Positions 17,246 to 27,110 of a DNA stretch of 64,000 nucleotides are shown here, piece after piece. This DNA is from Minisyncoccota bacterium (GTDB lineage Bacteria; Patescibacteriota; Minisyncoccia; JAHIHE01; JAGLIN01): contig JBAZUT010000001.1 in the NCBI GenBank assembly GCA_041661265.1, positions 65,854 to 129,853 on the forward strand, given 5' to 3'. Made by a program: the position numbers and the translations under genes. Positions within the stretch are counted from its first letter, which is position 1; each line of letters opens with the position of its first letter. The notes below the pieces were generated by a model, which worked only from the letters and a program-made list of their open reading frames with translations, did not search any database and was not told the origin of the DNA.

Positions 17246-18853
17246 TCATCTTAATATAGAAACAAGTCCGACAAGCATGAACAAAGCTCCGAGAACTATA
17301 TCCCACAGGCGAGGATAGCTCCTTATCACAGATCCCTGATCGTTGATCTTGTCCAAAGAAACATATTGTCCCATCCCCCTGAAGAACCAGCCTTCGGCCA
17401 TGACCGATCTGCCGATCAGACCCTTTAACTTATTCAGCGCAAAAAACAAATTCCCGAGCACGCTCAAATTCGAATTATAATCAAGATAGATCAGCCCGCC
17501 ATTATCTTCGAACATCATATCTTCCCCAAGCACCGCGCCGGCATCTCCGCGCCCGACGACTTTTCCGCTAAGTTCTACTTTTTTTCCTCTCACGGGACAG
17601 GCATAGATATCCGACATAAGCTCCCGGATCGTCGTTTTTTCGGCCGCAAGGTTCGGAAATCTGTAGATCGCTTTTATGATCATCGCCGCGCCAAGAAGCA
17701 GGAATACGAAACCGACGCTTCCGCCGCTCACAAATGCCATGAACGTCCCCACGGCCGTTCCGATCTGCGGCAAAAAACTTATGCACAATCCGAGAAAAAA
17801 ATTATGATAAAGCCTGACCTTGTCGATCGGGATCGAGTTGACGGTGTTCCTGATATTGAAAGGGCCGCTCTTTCCCATGGCAAGCGAAAGCTCATTCAGC
17901 CTTTCGATCCTTTTTCCGGTCAAAGGATGGGTCGAACCCAGTTCCAGAATAAATGCCCAGGGACTTATAAAATCATATGCCATGACCTTGCAGATCATTT
18001 CCGGAGAATCCGAGAGATTGGCGACCAGCCCCAAACTCTTCACACTGTGCACATCGATTATCCCCAAAGCCCTGGTGCTTTCCATCAGCCGGTGCGATCT
18101 CTCGTCATCCTTTTTTGCAACGATCCCATAGGCGATCCTCACAAGGGACCATGAAAGGACCTCCGGCTTTCCGGTGGTCTTTGCCGAAAATTCATCGGCA
18201 TAATATTCGCGAAGCCTGCTGAGATACATAAGTATATAGGTACCGGCAACATAGAAAGCATAGGACATGACGGCGATGAACAGATACAGAATATTTCCCC
18301 TCTTCCTCGCAGACGGGCTTTTGGTTGTCGAGAATATCACATAGAATTCATAGAGTATCTGGAGAAAAGTGCTGGCGATGGTGATCACGACAAAATCGTA
18401 ATGAACTATGTGCCCCACCTCGTGCGCAAGCACCGCCTCGCGCTCATCCTGCTTGAGATACGTGAAAAGTCCTCTTGAAAAAATCATCCTCGCATTCCAG
18501 GGAAGAGAACCGTATGTGAACGCGGTTGGGTTGTCGTCCTCGATTATCCCCACTCTCGGAAAACGGATCTTGTTGTCCTTGCAGACCTTTTCAAGAAATG
18601 CCGCCGTTTCAGGATGATTGTTGTGAAGATCCCTATATTCATAGAATTTCATATGATAGAAGATCCTGAGCATCACATCGGTGATCGACGGACCCACGAG
18701 CCACATGATGATATTAAAAAAGATCGTCGCCAAGATCAAAAAAGGGATATTTATTTCCCCGAGAATATATGCTGCAGCCAAAAAGATCGTAAATACAAAA
18801 CCGGACAAGACACTCAATGTTATCAAACTCGCTTTTTTCAGATTTTTCAGCAT
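17246..18853 (-). CDS. M48 family metalloprotease (HtpX-like core, HEVGHIVHYD) with a long C-terminal extension
   Basis: HExxH motif, TM topology. Confidence 0.65.
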   Translation of the reverse strand: MLKNLKKASLITLSVLSGFVFTIFLAAAYILGEINIPFLILATIFFNIIMWLVGPSITDVMLRIFYHMKFYEYRDLHNNHPETAAFLEKVCKDNKIRFPRVGIIEDDNPTAFTYGSLPWNARMIFSRGLFTYLKQDEREAVLAHEVGHIVHYDFVVITIASTFLQILYEFYVIFSTTKSPSARKRGNILYLFIAVMSYAFYVAGTYILMYLSRLREYYADEFSAKTTGKPEVLSWSLVRIAYGIVAKKDDERSHRLMESTRALGIIDVHSVKSLGLVANLSDSPEMICKVMAYDFISPWAFILELGSTHPLTGKRIERLNELSLAMGKSGPFNIRNTVNSIPIDKVRLYHNFFLGLCISFLPQIGTAVGTFMAFVSGGSVGFVFLLLGAAMIIKAIYRFPNLAAEKTTIRELMSDIYACPVRGKKVELSGKVVGRGDAGAVLGEDMMFEDNGGLIYLDYNSNLSVLGNLFFALNKLKGLIGRSVMAEGWFFRGMGQYVSLDKINDQGSVIRSYPRLWDIVLGALFMLVGLVSILR

Positions 18854-19095
18854 GAAGCTTAGATAAGTTAAGTTGATGAATCAAGCAACTTTCTTCTTTC
18901 CAATTCTATCCCAAACGAAAATCAAAAAATAAGATGTTATAAAACATTAAATCACCGTAAAAAAATCCTTCCCTAATCCAGCTTCATAAATTGTTTGATT
19001 GAATTTTTGCCGACCATAATTTTTAATTTTACATTGTCATTTTCCATTTTTGAGCCATAGGCTCATCAGCCTTGGGCTCGAGATTTTTTCATTTT

Positions 19096-20019
19096 TTATT
19101 TCCCTACCTCTCCGCCTTCTGCGGACCCGCCGGAGGCGGGCATCCCCATCAATGCCGCGATCCTCTCTTCGACCGGAGGATGGGTCATGAACATCTTGCT
19201 CACATTCTGGCCTTTGAATGGATTCGCGATATAGAGGTGCGCCGTGGCGCGATTCGCAACCTCGAGAGGCTCCTGATCGGCGGATATTTTCCGAAGCGCA
19301 TTGGCAAGTCCTTCCGGATAGCGTGTCAGAAGAGCTCCGTCAGCATCAGCAAGAAATTCTCTCTTTCTTGAAATTGCCAGCTGAATGAGCATCGCGAAAA
19401 AAGGAGCGATAATTGAAAGCAGGATCGCGATGATCATTATATACTCGCTGCCCTTGCCCCTGCTGTCCCTGTTTCTTCCTCCATACCAAGCCCAATGTCT
19501 GAAAGAATCCGCAAGAAGCGCAACGACTCCGACAAGCACAACGACAACAGTCGAAAGAAGGATGTCCCGGTTTCCTATATGGGAAAGTTCGTGTGCAAGC
19601 ACTCCTTCCAATTCAGACTTTTCCAATTTTTGAAGAAGTCCGGTCGTAACGGCGATCACGGCATGCTGAGGGTCCCGCCCTGTCGCAAAAGCGTTGGGCG
19701 CAGTGTCTTCAATGATATAGATCTTCGGAACCGGAAGACCGGCAGTGATGCAAAGATTTTCAACAAGATGATAAAGATCGCGCGCACTGTCGTGATCGAT
19801 CTCGTGCGCATTGCTCATCATGAGCACAAGTTTGTCGGAATACCAATAGCTTCCGACGCTCATAAGCATGCTGAAAATCACCGCAAACCAGAGGATCGCG
19901 CTGGAACCTATCGCTTCGGAAAAAACCCATCCGACTGCGATCACAAAAACAAGAAAAACAGTGATCAGGAAATAGGTGCTCCTTTTGTTGTTGTCTGCCT
20001 GTGTATATAGAGTTGGCAT
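19096..20019 (-). CDS. htpX: M48 family zinc metalloprotease HtpX homolog (paralog of 13003..13974)
   Basis: HELSHIGNRD motif; end-to-end similarity to the other HtpX. Confidence 0.75.
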   Translation of the reverse strand: MPTLYTQADNNKRSTYFLITVFLVFVIAVGWVFSEAIGSSAILWFAVIFSMLMSVGSYWYSDKLVLMMSNAHEIDHDSARDLYHLVENLCITAGLPVPKIYIIEDTAPNAFATGRDPQHAVIAVTTGLLQKLEKSELEGVLAHELSHIGNRDILLSTVVVVLVGVVALLADSFRHWAWYGGRNRDSRGKGSEYIMIIAILLSIIAPFFAMLIQLAISRKREFLADADGALLTRYPEGLANALRKISADQEPLEVANRATAHLYIANPFKGQNVSKMFMTHPPVEERIAALMGMPASGGSAEGGEVGK

Positions 20020-20089
20020 AGAGTTAACTTAACATTAAAAAACAGCTCTTTACCTTGATTATAGGGTAAATCAGAGCAAAAAGCCATCT

Positions 20090-20926
20090 TTATTCCATTT
20101 TTCCCGCACCAAGAGGATTGAATCCGTTTTTCACCTCGTTGCCATCGGAATAACCGTCGCCATCAGTGTCGGAGTCATCGGGATCGGTTTTATATTTCAA
20201 AGTTTCATCGCCATCGGAAAGCCCGTCGCCATCGCTATCCTTGATCATTTTATTTTCGAGGCAAAAATTCTTCAATTTATCATCAATAATTTCACTGCAT
20301 ATTTTCAGATCGCGCTCTACAAATGCCTTTCTGTAAAGAAATACCTCCTCGCATGTATTTAGAGCTTTTTCGGAATTCAAATTCACGCAATCTTCCGTTC
20401 TATTGTAGAGTATAAATATTTGTCCTATGCAATTCACATAATTCCCGCCATCAAGCGATTGGCATTTGCTGATCCTCCCCTCGCTACGCTTTTCCACAAT
20501 GACATTCATACATCCAATAATTTTTTCTTGGATCTGGATCTCTCCACAAATACCGCTATCCGCCCTGATAAAAGCGACGGACGCGATACATTCACTTCTA
20601 TCACCCCTTCCCAAACATGGGCCGATGGAGTTTATGCTGTGTTTTGCCGTTTCACGGAAAAATTCAATTTGCGCTTCGCTGAATTCCGGATGATCTCTCT
20701 TCAAATCCGCCAAAATATTCAAAATATCATTATCTTCGCTTATTATGTCCTCGACCTTCTTTTCTTCGGTTGTTTTTCCATTAGGATCCACTACATTCCC
20801 CGTATCTGGTTTTTTCCTCTTGAGTCCGAAAGAAAATATCAAAACAACAGCCAAGATCACTGCCAGAACCCCGACAATTATTATTTTTATTCTCTTACTG
20901 AACATAAGGATGATTATTTCCAGCAT
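20090..20926 (-). CDS. Membrane-anchored Cys-rich protein with C-terminal TSP3-like repeats (DSDGDGLSDGDE...DTDGDGYSDGNE); start adjusted to an internal Met
   Basis: ORF track 20090..20992; TM anchor; TSP3 repeats. Confidence 0.45.
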   Translation of the reverse strand: MLEIIILMFSKRIKIIIVGVLAVILAVVLIFSFGLKRKKPDTGNVVDPNGKTTEEKKVEDIISEDNDILNILADLKRDHPEFSEAQIEFFRETAKHSINSIGPCLGRGDRSECIASVAFIRADSGICGEIQIQEKIIGCMNVIVEKRSEGRISKCQSLDGGNYVNCIGQIFILYNRTEDCVNLNSEKALNTCEEVFLYRKAFVERDLKICSEIIDDKLKNFCLENKMIKDSDGDGLSDGDETLKYKTDPDDSDTDGDGYSDGNEVKNGFNPLGAGKME

Positions 20927-22458
20927 TGAAAATAGCCGGTTGTATGATTTATTCCTATGGCCCAATCTCTGGTACTTTGTCCCAATACACAATTACCCCC
21001 GCTATAACCAATGGATTCACTGAACACATATCCAGGAGGAAGCGATGAAGGACCACTGTTGGCGCCCCCACAGCACGCATCAGCTCCGCAACTTACCAAA
21101 TCGCAGCAGGCATAATCAAGAACATAGGTTGTGGCATTATTGCATTGACCATAATTACCATCGATTGGCGTTGGCGCATTAGCAGTGCACTCATTCCAGC
21201 CATTGCAAGTACAATTGCAACTTCGCTTTCCAGCAACCTCAATACCGGCGCAATGAAGAGGATAGCCTACACCAAGCACGGCCTGGCAATCCATGTCGGG
21301 AGTAACACCAGGCTCACAAACTTCAACCCCATTCACTATTCCATCACCGCAAAAAGTGGTATCCAGATTACAGCTGATCTTTCTCCAGCTGCCGTCCCCC
21401 ATCGGATCGCTGAATCCAAAAAGCACCATGACCAAATTCACAATAAGCCAGGCAACAAGAACAGCCACAAATCCAAGAACGGATTTGGAAATCACCAACT
21501 TAACAGCAGCCAATCCGCCCGATCCCCCAATGGAAGTTATGGACATCAGCATTCCGAGCACGATGAAAAGTATCGTGAATATGCCGACGATCCCGATGAG
21601 ATAATTTATTATATTATAGATCGTGGGAACAACGTGGCAAAGATTGCATGGCGCCGTTTCATTCCAGGGAGTCACGGGATCGTTCAAGACCCTTCCACAA
21701 GGAACCAAACCCCCTATTTTTCCCCGAGGCTCACAAGGTCCTGCGGTTGACGGCGGAGTTAGGGGCAAATTGCATGCACCACAAGAAACGCTACACAATT
21801 TAGGCAAAGGACAATTCGTCAGACCATCGCAAGCTTCCAAGCCTTCTATTATGCCATTTCCGCAACAAGCCGGATTTCCAAGACAATCCGAATCATCACA
21901 ATTAATAAACCCATCTCCATCATCGTCAGCCGGCAAACCTGGACTATCGTCACATATTTCAGAGGATGAACCGGTGATGTCATAAACGGCCGAATCACTC
22001 CCGGAATCTCCTCCCTGCGATGCGGTTATTGTGAAAGAAAAACTGTCTGCGGAAGTATAAGGCCCTCTGCAGGAAGTTACAGTGAATGGAATATTAACAA
22101 AACCTCCGGGAACAATTGCAGGAGTATTTAAAGGAAGAGTTTCAGTCCAGCTATCTTCTATACATGGAGCTGCTGGTAATGTTATCGTTAATGAAAAAAC
22201 TCTATCATCTACGCCGGCTACGCAAGGAGGATCATCGTCATTATTGGTCACGGTCAAAGTGTAACCCAATACGCTTTCTTCTGCTCCAAAGTTTAAAGCT
22301 GGATTAATAACAACAGTTGGATCTTCCGGCGCACACACTGCCCTTGCATTTTCAACATTTCCCAAAAAAAAGGCAAAAGCAAAAACAATGCACAACATCA
22401 ATTTGTTTCGCGCTTGAAACATGTTTATACGTTTAGGCTGATAATGAATTATCCGCAT
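20914..22458 (-). CDS. Large secreted Cys-rich protein with two myxo-type cysteine repeats (CGNGIIEGLEACDG, CGDGIVNGVEVCEPG) and an embedded pilin-like two-helix hydrophobic hairpin
   Basis: Signal peptide; Cys patterns; central segment NYLIGIVGIFTILFIV..SIGGSGG..AVKLV..VLGFVAVLVAWLIV resembles the 6772..7080 protein. Confidence 0.45.
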   Translation of the reverse strand: MRIIHYQPKRINMFQARNKLMLCIVFAFAFFLGNVENARAVCAPEDPTVVINPALNFGAEESVLGYTLTVTNNDDDPPCVAGVDDRVFSLTITLPAAPCIEDSWTETLPLNTPAIVPGGFVNIPFTVTSCRGPYTSADSFSFTITASQGGDSGSDSAVYDITGSSSEICDDSPGLPADDDGDGFINCDDSDCLGNPACCGNGIIEGLEACDGLTNCPLPKLCSVSCGACNLPLTPPSTAGPCEPRGKIGGLVPCGRVLNDPVTPWNETAPCNLCHVVPTIYNIINYLIGIVGIFTILFIVLGMLMSITSIGGSGGLAAVKLVISKSVLGFVAVLVAWLIVNLVMVLFGFSDPMGDGSWRKISCNLDTTFCGDGIVNGVEVCEPGVTPDMDCQAVLGVGYPLHCAGIEVAGKRSCNCTCNGWNECTANAPTPIDGNYGQCNNATTYVLDYACCDLVSCGADACCGGANSGPSSLPPGYVFSESIGYSGGNCVLGQSTRDWAIGINHTTGYFQCWK

Positions 22459-22488
22459 CAGGCATCAGGCAGCTAGAGATCGTGTTCA

Positions 22489-23046
22489 TTAGAAACTGAC
22501 CTTTGGAGCTTCTTTCTGAGCCGCATCTTCGATCTGGAAGAATTCGCGTTTCTTGATCGCCATCATGCCCGCAATTACGCTGTCGGGGAAAACCATGATC
22601 TTGGTGTTCAGGTCGCGGACGTTGCCGTTATAGAACCTTCTCGAAGCCTGGATCTTGTTTTCCGTGTCGGAAAGCTCCTTCTGAAGTTCCAAAAAGTTCT
22701 GGTTCGCTTTCAGCTCGGGATAGCTCTCGGAAACCGCAAACAGGCTTTTCAACGTTCCGGCAAGCATATTTTCCGCCATTCCTTTCTGCTCGGGACCTTG
22801 CGCGCTCATGGCGCTCGCCCTGGCCTGGGTCACTTTCTCGAAAACATCTTTCTCGTGAGTTGCATAACCCTTTACCGTGTTGATAAGGTTCGGGATCAGA
22901 TCATATCTTCTTTTCAACTGGACATCAATATCGCTCCATGCCTCATCTGTCCTGACCTGAAGGGTCACAAACCCATTGTATATGCCTATAGCCCAAGTGA
23001 TCAGAATGATCACGGCAATAAGCAGAATCGTTAAAATCGCATCCAT
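22489..23046 (-). CDS. lemA: LemA family protein
   Basis: N-terminal TM plus conserved LemA region (WSDIDVQLKRRYDLIPNL...). Confidence 0.7.
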   Translation of the reverse strand: MDAILTILLIAVIILITWAIGIYNGFVTLQVRTDEAWSDIDVQLKRRYDLIPNLINTVKGYATHEKDVFEKVTQARASAMSAQGPEQKGMAENMLAGTLKSLFAVSESYPELKANQNFLELQKELSDTENKIQASRRFYNGNVRDLNTKIMVFPDSVIAGMMAIKKREFFQIEDAAQKEAPKVSF

Positions 23047-23141
23047 GTTTTTTTCTTAATTGTTAATATAAAAGCTGGATTATTTTATATGGCTAATTAT
23101 AACATAAAAATATATTTTTCACAAAACGTTTCCATGCACAT

Positions 23142-23175
23142 AAAAAGAGCCCCGAACCATTCGGGACTCTTTTCT
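23142..23175 (-). terminator. Rho-independent terminator downstream of groEL
   Basis: agagccccgaa-cca-ttcgggactct hairpin flanked by A/T runs. Confidence 0.55.
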
Positions 23176-23190
23176 ATTCAAACCGAAACA

Positions 23191-24876
23191 TTACATCCCC
23201 ATTCCCATGCCGCCCATTCCACCCATGCCGCCCGGCATTCCGCCATGCGCATGTTCTTTCTTTTCCGGAAGATCGGTGATCGCTACTTCCGTAGTAAGAA
23301 GCATCGCGGAGACCGAGATGGCATTCTCAAGAGCGGACCTTGTGACCTTCACCGGGTCGATTATCCCCTCTTTCACCATGTCGTCCACCATTTTATTCGA
23401 TACTGCGTTATAGCCGAGGTTCTTCAGCTTGGAATTTCTGACGAGATTCGCCACAACAGCGCCCTCTTCTTTTCCGGCATTCTGAACGATCTGGCGAAGC
23501 GGTTCTTCAAGCGCCCGAAGAAGGATCTTGAATCCCGCATTATATTCATCCTGCAGATCCAGACTGGATGCAGCAAACTTTCCTTCATCGAATTTCTTTT
23601 TGACGGCGACACCGGCTTTCACCAGAGCGGTTCCGCCTCCCGCAACTATACCCTCTTCAACAGCGGCTTTTGTTGCAGCCAAGGCGTCTTCAACTTTGTG
23701 TTTCTTGTATGTAAGCTCGGATTCAGTCGCAGCTCCGACCTTGAGGATCGCAACTCCTCCGGCAAGCTTGGCCAATCTTTCCTTAAGCTTTTCCTTGTCA
23801 AAATCGGAATCGGAAGCTTCTATTTCTTTTCTCAGTTGCGCAACTCTCTTTTCAATATCCTTCTTATCTCCCCGTCCGTCAACGATAGTCGTATTGTCTT
23901 TCGTGGAAACGACTTTCCTCGCTTTTCCAAGCATATCCAAAGTCGCAGTTTCAAGTTTCAATCCGAGGTCCTCGGTTATAACCTTGCCTCCTGTGACAGC
24001 TGCAAGATCAGCGAGCATTTCTTTCCTTCTGTCACCGAATCCCGGAGCTTTGATCGCCAAGGCGCTGAAAGTTCCGCGGAGCTTGTTGATGATCAAAGTC
24101 GTGAGAGCTTCTCCCTCGACTTCGTCAGCAATGATGACAACATCCTTTTTCCCGGTCTGGGTTATCTTTTCCAGGATCGGAAGGATCTCGTTCAATGTGG
24201 AAATTTTCTTGTCCGTGATCAAAATATACGGATCTGCCAGTTCTGATTGCATTTTTTCCGCATTGGTGATCATATAGGGAGAAATATAGCCTTTATCGAA
24301 CTGCATTCCCTCCACTATATCGCTGGACATACCGAAAGTCTGAGATTCTTCAACGGTTATAACTCCGTCATTTCCGACTTTTTCCATAATTTCAGCAATA
24401 ATGTTCCCAATCTCAACATCTTCCGCGGAGATCGTAGCGACCTGCGCCGTCTCGGCTTTGCTCTCGATCTTCTGTGAATTCGCGCGAAGCTCGGCCACAA
24501 CTTCTTTTCCGGCTTTTTCTATTCCATGTCTGATGCCGACCGGATTCACGCCCATAGCGACATATTTCAGACCTTCAGTGATGATGGCCTGGGTCAGGAC
24601 CGCAGAAGTCGTAGTTCCGTCTCCCGCAACATCATTCGTTTTGGAAGCGACTTCCTTCACCAGTTCCGCACCGATGTTCTCAAACTTATCCTCAAGCTCG
24701 ATTTCTTTCGCGATCGAAACTCCGTCATTCGTGATGGTCGGAGCTCCATAGCCTTTGTCCAGGATCGCATTTCTTCCTTTGGGGCCCAGCGTGATCTTCA
24801 CGGCATTGGCAACCTTGTCTATTCCCGCCTTAATGGCCTGCCTTGCCGATTCGTCGAATTTTATATCTTTTGCCAT
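23191..24876 (-). CDS. groEL: Chaperonin GroEL (C-terminal GGM repeats)
   Basis: Unambiguous GroEL sequence end to end. Confidence 0.95.
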   Translation of the reverse strand: MAKDIKFDESARQAIKAGIDKVANAVKITLGPKGRNAILDKGYGAPTITNDGVSIAKEIELEDKFENIGAELVKEVASKTNDVAGDGTTTSAVLTQAIITEGLKYVAMGVNPVGIRHGIEKAGKEVVAELRANSQKIESKAETAQVATISAEDVEIGNIIAEIMEKVGNDGVITVEESQTFGMSSDIVEGMQFDKGYISPYMITNAEKMQSELADPYILITDKKISTLNEILPILEKITQTGKKDVVIIADEVEGEALTTLIINKLRGTFSALAIKAPGFGDRRKEMLADLAAVTGGKVITEDLGLKLETATLDMLGKARKVVSTKDNTTIVDGRGDKKDIEKRVAQLRKEIEASDSDFDKEKLKERLAKLAGGVAILKVGAATESELTYKKHKVEDALAATKAAVEEGIVAGGGTALVKAGVAVKKKFDEGKFAASSLDLQDEYNAGFKILLRALEEPLRQIVQNAGKEEGAVVANLVRNSKLKNLGYNAVSNKMVDDMVKEGIIDPVKVTRSALENAISVSAMLLTTEVAITDLPEKKEHAHGGMPGGMGGMGGMGMGM

Positions 24877-25124
24877 AATATTTTCTTTTAATTATAAATG
24901 TTTTTTCTTCAAGCGAGTTGTTGCTGCTCAGGCGCTTGGGATGAACTGACGTCTAATTTAAAAATCAAATATCAAAAATCAAAATTTAATGTAAAATTAA
25001 AATATTTTACGGATAATTTTGTCTTTTTGATCTGTCATTTTGCACTTTGATTTTTCAATTTTGCACTTTTGTGTCAAAACACCTTTCGCCGCACATCACA
25101 ATCCTGATTGGCATAATTTACTCA

Positions 25125-25421
25125 CTATTTTCCTTCAACGATCGCCATAATGTCTTCGTCCGAAACGACAAGATATTCTTTGCCGTCGATCTTGATCTCC
25201 GTCGGGCTGTATTTTGAAAAAAGCACAGTGTCACCGACTTTGACATCCATCGGGATCCGCTTTCCGGCATCGTCAATTTTTCCCGGACCGACAGCGAGAA
25301 CTTTCCCCTGTTCCGGCTTGTCCTTGTCAACCGTATCGGGAATTATGATCCCGCTTTTTGTTTTTTCTTCTTTGGAAACAGCTTCCAGGATGATCTTGTT
25401 TCCGAGAGGTTTCAGCTTCAT
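25125..25421 (-). CDS. groES: Co-chaperonin GroES (start at the internal Met MKLKPLG of ORF 25125..25460)
   Basis: Classic GroES sequence. Confidence 0.9.
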   Translation of the reverse strand: MKLKPLGNKIILEAVSKEEKTKSGIIIPDTVDKDKPEQGKVLAVGPGKIDDAGKRIPMDVKVGDTVLFSKYSPTEIKIDGKEYLVVSDEDIMAIVEGK

Positions 25422-25523
25422 ATGACTTTCCTTTCCGCACCTGCTTTTCGGCAGACGCATTAACTTGTTAATTGGGCTCTGATCAGGCTTTATTAAATTT
25501 TACCTCGAATCTTCCGAACGATT

Positions 25524-25550
25524 TTGGCACTCTCTCTGTTTGAGTGCTAA
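25524..25550 (-). promoter_or_regulatory. CIRCE element (TTGGCACTC-N9-GAGTGCTAA), HrcA operator upstream of groES
   Basis: Matches the TTAGCACTC-N9-GAGTGCTAA consensus at 17/18 positions; about 100 nt upstream of groES. Confidence 0.75.
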
Positions 25551-25554
25551 TACC

Positions 25555-25582
25555 ATTCTATTCGTTTTTCAGCGGGTGTCAA
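25555..25582 (-). promoter_or_regulatory. Sigma70-like promoter (TTGACA-16/17-TAGAAT) immediately upstream of CIRCE
   Basis: Minus-strand read: cTTGACAcccgctgaaaaacgaaTAGAATggta. Confidence 0.5.
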
Positions 25583-25642
25583 GAGGACAGCCCATTAGCT
25601 TTTTAGGTTGTAGCTTTTTAGATGTTATCGGAATTAAACCAT

Positions 25643-25672
25643 TAAAAAAAGATGCGAATAATGCATCCTAAG
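25643..25672 (-). terminator. Rho-independent terminator (gatgcattattcgcatc hairpin + T7 on the minus strand) adjacent to the displaced 3'-end repeat
   Basis: Direct read. Confidence 0.5.
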
Positions 25673-25682
25673 AAGCTATTGA

Positions 25683-25722
25683 TTCAATCCCGAATCTTTT
25701 TGTTCTGCAAATTCCGAAAGCT
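25683..25722. repeat. attB-like imperfect direct repeat: about 85% identical to the last 40 bp (including the stop) of the nucleotidyltransferase gene at 29266..29305
   Basis: Manual alignment ttca(a/g)tcccgaatcttt(t/c)tg(tt/cc)ctgcaaattc..aagc. Confidence 0.55.
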
Positions 25723-25752
25723 TTTTTCGTTCCCGATTTCAATTCGGGAATT

Positions 25753-25800
25753 TTTCTAAATTCACAAAAATATTTGCGAACTTGGAAAATTGGAAGGAGT
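25753..25800 (-). promoter_or_regulatory. Copy 1 of a roughly 45-bp motif (minus-sense TTTTCCAAGnTT-N17-20-GTAAAyTTAGAAAA)
   Basis: Three copies found by eye, all oriented with minus-strand transcription units. Confidence 0.35.
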
Positions 25801-25845
25801 GCTTGGTCGTGCGGACTTTACACTCCTGTCTTTTTTACCATGTTT

Positions 25846-26394
25846 CTATTTAAACATAGTATTCATTTGGGCGATCATATCAACCGCCCCCATTTTTTCT
25901 TCTTTGATTTTCGTCTCTTTTCCTTTTCCTTCCTTCTTATACGAAATTGTTTGTCCATTAACATCTCGTTCATCCACGAACTGAGATGCTATGTTCTGTG
26001 CCCAGCCGAACGGCGCCGAGACAAGAACCCAAGTTTCTCCGCCAGAGCCTCCGCCAGTGGAAACTTCGGAAAGTTTTCTGACTTCCGATCCAAACTCCAC
26101 ATGAAAGCTTGGCCAGCGCTTGGCTCCGCAGCCCGGACTATACTGCTCGACAAGCACCAATTCCATTTGAGGATTTTCCTCGCAGGGGATCAATACGACT
26201 CCCTCATTGGTGATAACAATGTAGATTTTATCCAAATTGCCATCCGATGCAGGAGTGCTCGCAATAAGTCCCGTATCATGACGTGTCATTCCCGACTGTG
26301 GACTGAATGGTACTTGTCCGTCAGCGACACCAATACCCTTGCTGACACTGTTTCCGCGAAGTGTCAAGGCGATATGGGGAGTTTTCATAACCAT
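25846..26394 (-). CDS. Hypothetical protein (island gene 3 of 3; no recognisable domain)
   Basis: ORF track; 10-nt overlap with the upstream gene; local GC about 50% versus about 40% elsewhere. Confidence 0.45.
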   Translation of the reverse strand: MVMKTPHIALTLRGNSVSKGIGVADGQVPFSPQSGMTRHDTGLIASTPASDGNLDKIYIVITNEGVVLIPCEENPQMELVLVEQYSPGCGAKRWPSFHVEFGSEVRKLSEVSTGGGSGGETWVLVSAPFGWAQNIASQFVDERDVNGQTISYKKEGKGKETKIKEEKMGAVDMIAQMNTMFK

Positions 26395-27110
26395 TCCCCG
26401 CCGCCATTTTCAACTATCACCAGTGCCAGTCGAGCCTTGCGTCTTTCCGGCGTTTCAACAACCCATTCTTTTCCGGTCCACATATACCACGTGGATGAGT
26501 ACTTAGAATTAAGCCGGAAAATTGCGCCCGGTGAAAGAATCGCAAGAACCTCTTCGCCATGGTTCGTCCGGCCAGCCTGCCCGAAAGCAATCGTGCCGGA
26601 AATAATCGTTTCCACTCCTTGGGCATCATGGATACCATATGACCGACAACGATCATACGACCCCACGGCGTTGATTACCGCCAGGCAACGATCCTCGTCG
26701 TTCCAGTCTCCACGAACAAGGACGATTCCCGTGTCTGTCTTCTTGGCGCGAACCTCGGAACCATTACCAATAATGGGAATAATTCCTTCGTTTCGTCCGC
26801 GACCACTTTCGCCAATAACAATGCTATCACGAGATCTTATAATCCCTGCTTTCGGGTGATATGTTTCCCACACAGTCCCCTTTTTCTCGTAGGGCGCCCA
26901 TAGCTCCCCGCACTCCTTACATGGTCCGGGATTATTCTCTCCAGGATCGATGAAAGTTATATCGCTTTTTCCTTTATTAGGACAAGGGACATCCATTTCC
27001 ATCATTACCGGATTATCTCCCGGCGAAGATATTGTGTACAATTTCATTTTATTCACCTCTTCTCTTTGTGCTCGAAAGACTAATTTTTCTATGAGCTTTA
27101 AACTCCGCAT
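26385..27110 (-). CDS. Hypothetical protein (island gene 2 of 3; possible Cys4 metal site CP..x20..CKEC)
   Basis: ORF track; ATGA start/stop overlap with the upstream gene. Confidence 0.45.
   Translation of the reverse strand: MRSLKLIEKLVFRAQREEVNKMKLYTISSPGDNPVMMEMDVPCPNKGKSDITFIDPGENNPGPCKECGELWAPYEKKGTVWETYHPKAGIIRSRDSIVIGESGRGRNEGIIPIIGNGSEVRAKKTDTGIVLVRGDWNDEDRCLAVINAVGSYDRCRSYGIHDAQGVETIISGTIAFGQAGRTNHGEEVLAILSPGAIFRLNSKYSSTWYMWTGKEWVVETPERRKARLALVIVENGGGEWL

Noticed and set aside
23089-24277. Long plus-strand ORFs (385 aa, 249 aa) antisense to groEL
   Set aside because: Shadow ORFs inside an unambiguous groEL gene; translations are low-complexity with no protein-like features.
25774-26859. 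361-aa plus-strand ORF across the GC-rich island
   Set aside because: Arg/Ser/Pro-rich low-complexity translation typical of antisense reading of a higher-GC gene; the minus-strand trio is translationally coupled and better balanced in composition.
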